64,000 bases of DNA from Nageia nagi (taxonomy: Eukaryota > Plantae > Pinophyta), in contig JBITNC010000001.1 of NCBI GenBank assembly GCA_050084985.1, forward strand, positions 150,784,001-150,848,000, in the 5' to 3' direction. Shown here piece by piece: positions 12,800 to 22,420 of this stretch; the stretch's first letter is position 1; the number at the start of each line of letters is the position of its first letter. A program made the position numbers and the translations under genes. The notes beneath the pieces are model-generated. The model was not told where the DNA came from, searched no databases, and saw only the letters and a program-made list of their open reading frames with translations.

Positions 12800-13008
12800 G
12801 ATGGGGAAGTGTTGGACACTCTAAGGGAGGCCTATGTTCGAGTCCCCTTTCTAATGTGTGGAAGACATCCAAAAATCATGTAGAAATTTGTAGGTGCGAT
12901 TGATACCAAATGTAAGTCCAAGATGATCTTTGATGGAATAGATACCCTCACTTATAGCTTCTCAAACCAAGGTGATCCATAAGAAATTTTTTGTTGAATA
13001 AAAAAAAT
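12800..13008 (+). mobile_element. tRNA-derived SINE-like element
   Basis: B box GTTCGAGTCC (12836-12845); body ATCCAAAA.TC...TTGTAGGTGCG shared with the minus-strand copy at 19639-19915; A-rich tail. Confidence 0.55.
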
Positions 13009-13197
13009 CATAAATTACACTTTTTGATTTTTGCATTTTTTTGAAATGGAAGAAGGGTAATTATAACTTCATCCTAATTACAAATGCATACAAAATAATA
13101 TAAAATTATTGAATAATGAAAAAAATATTAACTTTTGAATTCGATTTTTGTATTTATATTTTATTACTTAAATATATTTTTCTATATGGGTAGTTAA

Positions 13198-13311
13198 AAT
13201 TAGCCTCAGTGGGAGTGGAGGTGGCGCAGTGGTGGGGCCTTGGGCTCGACAACCATTCCAACCTTCGAGGTGTGTGAGTTCTTAGGTTAGACTAGATATA
13301 AAAAAAAAGGA
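13198..13311 (+). mobile_element. Short SINE-like remnant
   Basis: tRNA A box TGGCGCAGTGG, poly-A end, flanked by GTAGTTAA direct repeats (13190-13197 and 13312-13319). Confidence 0.4.
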
Positions 13312-14100
13312 GTAGTTAATATTAAAAAAAACTAATAAAATTTTAAACTTTCATTATCAAAAGTATATCAATCATGAATTGACGGATAGATGAATTAGAG
13401 ATGGGTAATTGAAACTTTTGAGAAATGAAAGACTCAAGTTCAAATCTCCCTACTACCTATAAGAACATACCAAAAATCCTACCGTATTAATGATAGATAC
13501 AAACAAAACCAGAATCATACTCTTAAGTAAATTTAAGATAAATTCCATGGTTCCGTGTATAAGGGTGGCTTTCCTATAAAAACAATACATAATCAAATCT
13601 TTAAAAAGCAAGCTACACTTAATTTTTATATATTTTGGATTCTTTAACCAAGGCAACCTTTTGTGTCCTCGAATTCTTGCTGGTAAGCATGACACAGTTT
13701 GCTTAGAGTGTTATTCGAACCTTGTATCGATGCTGGCAATGGCGATCTCCTGTAGCCCTTCGTTGCAAATATCCCTGTATTGAATAGACTATAATCAAGC
13801 CCCTTCTCGCATTACAGCTAGATAACCTGCACTCCCAAAACGGAACACAAGTGCCTAGAAACATATCTATGGTCTGCGGGATCTGCCGCCTCTTTTAGCG
13901 GTAAAACGAATAGTGTATTTACCGACCAGTCCAATCCATTATCCCCTCCAACGAATTCGCGTACGTACGCATTGAATGTCATTTCAATTCAAAAGTAGCC
14001 CACAACTGCTTTATAACTTTCAGAAAAAAGAAATGTGCAGACTATACCCAATCCCGCCTCCAATTCCCAAATTTCACTTTACACAAATCACTGCTACACC

Positions 14101-14184
14101 ATGAGCATTTGTACGCGATCTGTGCACCCTGTTTCTTACTTTTTCTTCTGTTTATGTACCCAATTTTGTATGGCATTGCAATGA
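14101..14184 (+). other. Candidate 27-aa upstream ORF
   Basis: ACC-ATG at 14101, MSICTRSVHPVSYFFFCLCTQFCMALQ*, stop ends 1 nt before the main ATG. Confidence 0.35.
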
Positions 14185-14185
14185 A

Positions 14186-14956
14186 ATGCTGCCTCTGGTT
14201 CGATCCCTGGTCCTGCGGAACGAGCCGGACAAGGCCAATTCCATCGCGAAGGCCTCCTCTCTCTACTTACACAAACAACCCAAGTGGAGACTGAGAAGCA
14301 ACAGTACTTCCAGAGCTTTACAGAATTATGGGTACCCGTACCTGGTTTTCGTGCCCACCCAGGAAGTAATGCGCGATCATCTACGGGTAGTAACCATTGC
14401 TCGCGATGTGGGTATGGAGTTCATGGGCGATCTCATCAATAACCGTCTCGTTTTCTCATGGCCGGCTGCGGGTGCCCGCGAATCGGCGTTTTTGCCATTT
14501 CCCCATCTCACAGATGCCCCTATTCGGGAGCTCTACGATTTCGTTCACCTCAGCCGGGGGCTTTTCCGGGTGGAAAATCTACCCGAGAATGTGCCCAGAA
14601 AGCCGGTTTGTGCTCGCAAGGGTTCGCTTCAGCTGCGCCTGAGCCGGGAGCCGGTTGTGGGTATGGAGGCGCTCGGACGCGCCCTTGCCGGAGCGGGATG
14701 GAGCGTTTTTAGGGTTAAAAATTCGGAGGAGGAGGTCTTCGTGTATAGGAAAGTGGATATGAAGCTGCGGCTTCAGTGGGACGGTTCGAACCCTGGACCT
14801 GCCCCGGGGTTTCGGGCCAGGGAATTGAGACTCCCACGGCTTAATCTGGGTAATGCCCCCATGGAGATATTGGAGTATGTTTTGCTAATGACGGATGAGC
14901 TTTTTTACTTGACCCCGGTCTCTAATTTCAGGAGGAGCTTTTCAGGACATAAGTGA
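14186..14956 (+). CDS. Uncharacterised land-plant protein, 256 aa, single coding exon
   Basis: Intact GC/CpG-rich ORF in an AT-rich background with no TE motifs. Blocks PYLVFVPT.E, IARDVGM, VFSWP, LPFP.L, RALAGAGW..F, RELRLP.L....AP..IL.Y.LLMTD..FY are recalled from a conserved uncharacterised plant family. Confidence 0.85.
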   Translation: MLPLVRSLVLRNEPDKANSIAKASSLYLHKQPKWRLRSNSTSRALQNYGYPYLVFVPTQEVMRDHLRVVTIARDVGMEFMGDLINNRLVFSWPAAGARESAFLPFPHLTDAPIRELYDFVHLSRGLFRVENLPENVPRKPVCARKGSLQLRLSREPVVGMEALGRALAGAGWSVFRVKNSEEEVFVYRKVDMKLRLQWDGSNPGPAPGFRARELRLPRLNLGNAPMEILEYVLLMTDELFYLTPVSNFRRSFSGHK

Positions 14957-17900
14957 GAGTGAAACCCTAATTGGTCTTTTGACAGAGGGGGTTAGTGGGC
15001 ATTCCAACTGCATCTGGAGATATATTATTTCTGCTGATCATTGTATAGGTGCTCTGTAAATTTCGTTTCTTCAAGTGGATGTTTTTCAAAGTTTCTTCTA
15101 TTTCATTCTCCGTGGTAAAAAAGAAAAATCAGCATTGATTCTTTTGAAATTGTTTGTATGATCTCAGCATTCTTTGAAATTTCTATTAACATAGTATGGA
15201 TCCCTCAGAAGATTAGGGTTTTAAATATACCACAAAGCTTGCTAGATTGTACAGGCGCTTATGGCGTTTATGCTTTCTAATGAAAGCCTACAAATATCAA
15301 TGTAGCTTCCCAAATACAGTGATTATATTTCACTGGATAATGACGCGTAGGATCGTGATTTGCTATTATTATTTTGGAGTCGTTGCAGTAATTTTCTCTA
15401 CACACTCAACATGAATTGTAGCTGTTTGGATAGATTTTTGAAAGAAAAAGCACCGATTGGAAATTAAGATTAGCCTAAATTTTTCATGAGTTATTTATTT
15501 GTCTATTAAAATTCACTAGCATAAAATTTTAATCAAATTGGAGAATTAAACTTTTGTGAAACTTTAAAATGGAAGGGTTAATCCGTATAAAATTGCCAAT
15601 CTTTCTAATTTTCAAAATATGGGTACTTTCCAGGTTGTGGAGCTAATTGCGGGCACAAGTTGCAGTTTTAATAGGCATGTTTTCTTTGGAAATAGTTACC
15701 AAAAATGGTTTTACATTCTTATTCTGTAACGTTCTATTCCAGCCCAGAAACCATATGTCTAGAGAGTTTAGGGTAATTACTTAGAAGGAAATACATTGAA
15801 TTAAAAGTCTTAACATTAACTGAATGTCTTTAACATTGATGCTTGATCCGTTCTAGTTGAAACATCATAATTTTAATTTAATTGAGTTCATTAGTATGAT
15901 GATGGTAAAATTTTTTTGGGGAAACTAGTCTGGACAAAGAATCAGCGTAAACAATAGACTATATAAACCCTCTTCAGTGCATTTTCTTGGATTAAATCCA
16001 CGATGATATGAAGGGTGTTGTTACATCAAAAAGCTTATGTAGATTGGGGTTCTTCTACACGGTGTTCGCACCTGGGAATAACCCGGCAATTAGCAAAGAC
16101 TTTGGGACAAAACTTGGGAGTAACACTGAAAGAGTTGACTTAGTGATGAAGAAACCACCTAACTCGGCCCAAACCGAAATTTCGTAACGAGTTTTGATGC
16201 ACAAGTTTATTATAATTTTAGATTTTAGATAGTTGCCTCCTATTTCTTTTCTCAAAGAACTAAGTAAAATTAAGGAATATTTGACTATGATTAAATAGAG
16301 AGGGAGTTTTTTAAGTTGTAAGAACAATCTCAATCTCAAGATACCACAGGTATAATCAACTCGTTATTAAACCCACACAAAGAGCAAGTCATATCATAAC
16401 ACGAGAGAAGAGGCCAAGCAAGAAGCTACACAGACAATAGAGTTTTGAGTTTTATCTTAACGATTCAGTAGACGAGGTTTGCGTAAATATGGCAATCAAG
16501 GACCAGGATTCAGATAAAGTGTTGGGTTATCTCGTAAAGGATTCTATGAATCTATATTGTATTTAGCATCATCACTATGATAGGAAAGTCACACTTAGAA
16601 CTCTATGAACTAGTTTTCTTCAAAATGTAGGTGACACACTAGGTGTCATTCAATTTTTCTGCAGCCCCGATAGAAGCATTGAAATGCCATCTTGAACATG
16701 TCAAAATATATGATTGACATCGGGTTCGCATTTGTTATATTTTTTGTGCACTCTGCATCATGACTGGGGGTATTACGTTTTCATATATATATATATATAT
16801 TTCAAATTTTTATGTTCAAATTTCAGTTACATTTTTCAATATAGAATCAGTTGTTTGTTCTTATACTGTGTGTATTACAAAGTAGAACTGAGATAAGGTG
16901 ATTTACTTTATCACTGTTCATAGATGGTAGAAACTGAAACACCCAAGGACATTCCCGCATTTCCTTCTAGGAATTTTGAAAAACAAGGAAACCTGCACTA
17001 ACGCTAAAGTTATTTTTTTAAAATTGTTTAGTTTGAACTCTAAAGAGGTGGTCTGAAATTTTTCCTATTTTAGATTTATCCATTCAATGAACTAATCTTA
17101 ACCAACTTGGAATGTAACTATAGAACCAAATCGTGCTTCTTAGCTTTGTTCATCTTATGTATTAATTGTAGATGTACATGAACACTACAAAGAGATTCTA
17201 CAAGTAATCCTGTTTAGGGGTGAGGCAGATGTCAAAAGAAGGTAAAAATGGGAACGTTCAATTTATTATAGCATTCAGCTAAATTGCAATGGGGCATTGA
17301 AAGGTGATCCATGGTGGGTGGATGACAAATGAAAGTAAAGTGCAATCATCCAATTTATGGCGTTAAGCTAAACTGCAATCAGCTTCAAAATAGCCAGATG
17401 AGATTTATTGCTTGTGAACTTTACTGTAATATAAACATCAGAGGAAAGTGAGAATCCATAGCTAACATCCGTTTGACATGGTGACAACATTTTTTATGAA
17501 TTTAGCTGTTTCAAATTTTGTCATAAATGAAGCCCCTATCCCTGTTGTGTTTCACAAAAGGACATCTGGTAGCGGAAGAAACAAGTTCCTATGTAACTGA
17601 TTATATGAGTTTATTGTCCTACTCCGTGCCTGATGTACGTGCTGTAGGGCCTTCAATTTTGTATTACTCGAGCCTTTTTTTTAGCTGGTCATGGCTAGTT
17701 TTTTTAGTATCTCATGACAATTAGCAATGTGGGGTTTATAGTCTGAATGAAATTTGTTCTATGCCACTCAAATGTACTCTCCCCTGTCCGATGATGCTTT
17801 TGTGTATTGATGCTTTTGCAAGTTAACAATTTGTTATACTGATATATGCTCGAAGAGTGCTTGTCTATATCAATCATTAGATCTATGCTTGCCTTTTTGC

Positions 17901-18645
17901 ATGTTCTTTCATATTTTGTACTGTAAGTAATTGAAAGTCCGGTAGTATACATTCTGTATTCTATCAAAATCTTTAGTTTGAGTGCTAGAAAATATTGGCC
18001 CTTATCTTGGTGGCTTTTACCTTTGCTGTGATTGGAAGGGCATTGGGCGTTTGTTTCAATGCAATTCTTATTGCCTTGGAATAGGTGAGACATCTTGAAC
18101 TCACCAAACATTTCATGTCGAATAAATTGACATTAGTAAAAGTTCCTGTTTTCATGTGTAGTACCTGCATTGGTCTAATACCAATTACACTCTATGATTG
18201 AGGACTCTTATTTCAAGTTTTGTAATCATCTTCCATTTTGTTTCATCCACTTCTTGAACTTTAACATGTCATCGTTTTTATAACATATAACATGTAGCTA
18301 TTGTTTTTGGTGAGATGCCACTACTGTGTAGTCATCGTTTGATGTTACATGTTTTTGAATTCATCAAAGTGATCCACCTTTCTCTTTGGAAAAAGTGTTA
18401 AGCTAAACTTGTTTTATTGATGCTTGTATGCATGATTTCGGGATATAATCTATTAAATTTTAAGCTTCATTCCTTTCAATTTCAGAATGATGAGGAAGTC
18501 GTTAAACTGGAGTTTTTTTGCTTCATTGTGTATATATGATTTTAAGTAACTCCATTAAGTTTAGTAAGCTTATTTTATCAAGTGTCAGTCGAATTTATTT
18601 ATTGATGTTCTCGTTATATTATAAGCAGCATAATTTTTTTATGAA
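14769..18645 (+). repeat. Segmental tandem duplication, copy 1 (gene 3' end plus 3' flank)
   Basis: Colinear similarity to 18848-21775 and 42840-44470. Confidence 0.9.
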
Positions 18646-18847
18646 TTTTTTTTTTAATAATTAATTAATTATTTCCATAAAAAAAGGTTGAATGGAGTTA
18701 AGCATATGTTAAAGTATCACATTAACCATTTGGATTATGAATCAAACAAACAAAACTAACCACTTGCGTTTTTAACCGTTAAAAAAAAGAATCGATAACT
18801 TTCAAACGGAAGATACAATCATTAAAAACCATCAAGCATTTGCCAGA

Positions 18848-19031
18848 GGTTCAGTGGAACGGTTCGAACCCTTGACCTGCCCTGGGGTTTCGGGCCTGGG
18901 TATTGAGACTCCTGTGGCTTAATCTGGGCAATGACCCCAAGGAGATTTTGGAGTATGTTTTGCTGATGACGTATGAGCTTTTTTACTTGACCCCGGTCTT
19001 TAATTTCAGGAGCTTTTCCGGACACAAGTGA
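18848..19031 (+). pseudogene. 5'-truncated duplicate of the last ~60 codons of the 256-aa gene
   Basis: Reads QWNGSNP*PALGFRAWVLRLLWLNLGNDPKEILEYVLLMTYELFYLTPVFNFRSFSGHK*; in-frame stop and 3-nt deletion relative to 14771-14956. Confidence 0.92.
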
Positions 19032-19638
19032 GATTGAAACCCTAATTGGTCTTTTGATAGAGGGGGTTAGTCGGCATTCCAACTGCATCTGGAGATGTAT
19101 TATTTCTACTGATCATTGTATAGGTGCTCTGTAAATTTCGTTTCGTTTCTTCAAGTGGATGCAGAGAAGGATCTATGCTGTTTTTCAAAGTTTCTTCTAT
19201 TTCATTCTCCTCGGTAAAAAAGAAAAATCAGCATTAATTCTTTTAAAACTGTTTATATTATCTCAACATTCTTTGAAATTTCTATTAACATAGTATGGAT
19301 CCCTCAGAAGGTTAGGGTTTTAAATAACTCGTGAAAATTTTAGGCTAATCTTAATTTCCAATTGGTGCTTTTAATACATGGTTACTTTCCAGGTTATGGA
19401 ACTAATTGCAGGCACAGGTTGCAATTTTAGTAGGCATGTTTTCTGTAGAAATAGTTACCAAAAATGGTTTTACATTCTTATTCTATTCCAGTCCAGAAAA
19501 CATTTGTTTGAAGAGTTTAGGTTAATTAGTTAGAAAGAAGGAAAAACAATGAATAAAAATTCTGACGTTAATTTACTGTCTTTATCATTGATGCTTCATT
19601 CTAGTTGAAACATTAAAATTTTAGTTTAATTTATTGTT

Positions 19639-19915
19639 TATAGTTTTTTTATGATAAATAATTTTTCAAGGGATAAATTTTGGCCCTTGAATCCAGGGTA
19701 CTGTTAATTTTAGGCTTCGAGTCGATGTTTGAAGGGCATTCATGTTGTCAAAATCCATTGAGGGCACAATCCTTGTCTCATCCGCACCTACAATCATTTG
19801 ATAGGATTTTGGATATGTACACTCACTAGAGGTGGGATTGGAATCTGGGTCTCTCCCATTCAAGAGAAGAGTTTTCACTTACCCTTATTTTTTCAACTCC
19901 TTTAACTTGTCTCCA
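19639..19915 (-). mobile_element. SINE insertion present only in duplication copy 2
   Basis: Flanked by TATTGTT direct repeats (19632-19638, 19916-19922). Minus strand has a tRNA-like head, a degenerate B box and an A tail; absent from copy 1 (~15880). Confidence 0.65.
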
Positions 19916-20352
19916 TATTGTTCATTACTATTATAATACTAGTTGTATTTTAAGAAAATTAATCTAAACAAAAAATCAACTTAAAAAACTAACTTTAAAC
20001 TCTTTTCAGTGAATTTTGCTGGATGAAATCCATTATGATATGTAAGGTGTAGATTGAATTCTACACTGTTCATAACTGGGAATGGCCTCTCAAGTAGCAA
20101 GGATGTGTGATAAAACTCGGTAGTGAGTTGACTTAATGATGAAGAAACCACCTAGGTTAGCCCAAATTGAAATTTCATAACTAGTTTTTTATGTCCATGT
20201 GCATAGTAACTCTAGATTTTAAATAGTTGCCTCCTACTCATTGTCTCAAAGAACCAAGTAAGTTTAGATTCTAGAAAACACTTGAGCATTCCTAGAAGCA
20301 TCCACCTAGTCGTTCCTTAAGCTATGGGCAACTAGTCAACTTAAAAAAAAAT

Positions 20353-20924
20353 GGGGAAATTACAAAACTAACCTCAATAAATAACATATTTACATAAATG
20401 ACCTTGAAAATATTTTATTTACACAAATGACCTTGAATTTTTTTTATTTACACAAATGACCTTGTACCATCATAGACACTTCCACAGTACCGCCCCAAAG
20501 TAGCATCAACAAAAATCATGCACTAGAACAAATCAATGAAAAATGTTGTAGACTTTGAACACAACGCTTGAATGGTTTGGGATTAATTTAGTTACCTTGT
20601 AGCTTCTCAAATTCAAGAGATTTATAGCAAATAGGAGGGAACTCGATCACTATTAATAGTGTAAAACCAATAAAGGCGAAAGACGTGAAGGATTGTAAAA
20701 CCATAAACCATGAAAACAATGTTAGATTTTGAAATATATACTATGAAAAATAGCATATATGTCAATCTATCTTCTGTGTAGAAGTTTGTTATCACTATGA
20801 TGATTTGGAATGTTCATAAGTATGTTGTCACTATGATGGCACAAGGCCATTTGTGTAAATAAAATTTTTTTAGGGTCATTTGTGAAAATATGGTATTTGT
20901 TGAGATTAGTTTAGTAATTTTCCC
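20353..20924. mobile_element. Non-autonomous Mutator-like element (MULE-MITE)
   Basis: ~100-bp TIRs starting GGG(G/A)AAATTAC.AAACTAA; 9-bp TSD AAAAAAAAT / GAAAAAAAT. Confidence 0.85.
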
Positions 20925-22008
20925 GAAAAAAATTCATTTCTTTCATAATTGAAAAATAAAGTGCAAGATAACATCGATGGATCCCACCATTGTCCCCACC
21001 CTCTCAAATCCTAAAAGTTGTTAGGATTAAACAAGCACACTAGAACAAAATAGCAGAGATCCTTCTAACAAAAGTGACATTATATATGCATGAAAAGACA
21101 AAACACTTCATTTTATACTCAGTTTTGGCATTTTGATTTGACATATTCATGTAAAAGTCTAGTCTATATATTTACTTAGTACTATTTAGTTTTACAGTTT
21201 TACTACTATGATTTCAAACTTCAGTATTTATGATTTGAGATTTCGTATCTATCATTATATACTAGACGGATTCAACCTTAATAACATTTTGTGATGAGTA
21301 TGTCTACAATCTTATTATTATTGATTATGGTTCATTTTGATATTTTGATATAGAGCTAATTTTTAATTTCGGTTTCAAGTTTTGTATACATAATTGAAGT
21401 GATAATAATAATGAATTTGAAATAATGAAATTTAAAAAAATTGAAAATTCTAAGAATCTTTATTAGTATTATACTTCCATTTTTAGGGCATTCTCAAAAA
21501 TAAGCTCCCCTGTTTTTGGTTCTTGGGAACGTTTTTCCCAATTCCCAAGGTCTTGTGGAACCTTGATTTTCAATCATTTATTTTTCATACTATGTATTAG
21601 GAAGTGGAATTGAGATAAGAGGATCTACTTTATTACAATTTCTAGATGGTAGAAACTGTAACACCCAAGGGCATTTCCTTCTACGATTGTTGAAAAACAA
21701 GGAAATCAACTTGTTGTACCATTAAAGTTATATTTAATTTTTTTTGCCTATTTTAGATTTATGGATTCATTTATTTGTAATGTCTCTAAATTTGCTAGTT
21801 TGTAAATATGTAAATAATTGGTGTGTTTTGTATGTGTTGGACGACATTAAAGGTATTTTGTCATATTTCGACGTTAAAATGAGGATTGTAGGGGTAAACA
21901 AATGAGTTTTAACTAGTTCAAATTTTAATATAGGTTAGGAAAGTTATTTAAGTATTTGATGTGAGTTTCGGGTTAGAAAAAGATTTTATTTGTATCTTTA
22001 GTTGGAAT

Positions 22009-22250
22009 CAAACTTGAAATTTAACGTCTGCCCTAGCCCGTCAATAAATTTTCTCTAACAATTTCAATATTTTAATGCCCATCAAATTTTCTTATGCACT
22101 TCCAAATACATTAATAATATAATAAAGTAATTTTTTATGTGAATTAAATTTAAATATTTTTAATTATATATAAATATTTTTAAATAAAAATATATATAAA
22201 TATCAATATTATAGATGAATATTTAAAAAAATCAATAAATTTATAAATTT

Positions 22251-22309
<59 letters not shown>

Positions 22310-22420
22310 GGTAATAAAAAATATGTACTTATCTTGTGTGATGGTTTTAAAAAAAATAAGCTGTAAAAAATGTTTAAAAAGCTTAAAAACGTTCAATATG
22401 GGCGTCAAATTTCAACCCTG
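22009..22420. mobile_element. hAT-type MITE containing a (TA)n microsatellite, inserted in the 5' LTR of element A
   Basis: TIRs CAAACTTGAAATTTAACGTC / GGGCGTCAAATTTCAACCCTG; 8-bp TSD GTTGGAAT/ATTGGAAT; the 3' LTR has the empty site (single GTTGGAAT at 27353-27360). Confidence 0.85.
22253..22306. repeat. (TA)n microsatellite
   Basis: About 26 uninterrupted TA units. Confidence 0.95.

Noticed and set aside
13200-13310. tRNA gene
   Set aside because: Only an A box is recognisable; no cloverleaf or T-loop; it ends in poly-A like a SINE.
14397-14712. Overlapping alternative-frame ORFs within the host gene
   Set aside because: By-products of high GC content; no recognisable motifs.
15000-18600. 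Box C/D snoRNA cluster (TGATGA at ~15897, 16144, 18488)
   Set aside because: No well-placed CTGA boxes with terminal stems or recognisable rRNA guides; such motifs are expected by chance in AT-rich DNA.
18760-18815. MSA (AACGG) cell-cycle promoter at the duplication junction
   Set aside because: Two short cores only; similar CGATAACTTT..AACGG words are common in DNA-transposon remnants, and no start codon or TSS evidence follows.
18822-19088. 88-aa minus-strand ORF
   Set aside because: Antisense shadow of the duplicated CDS fragment.
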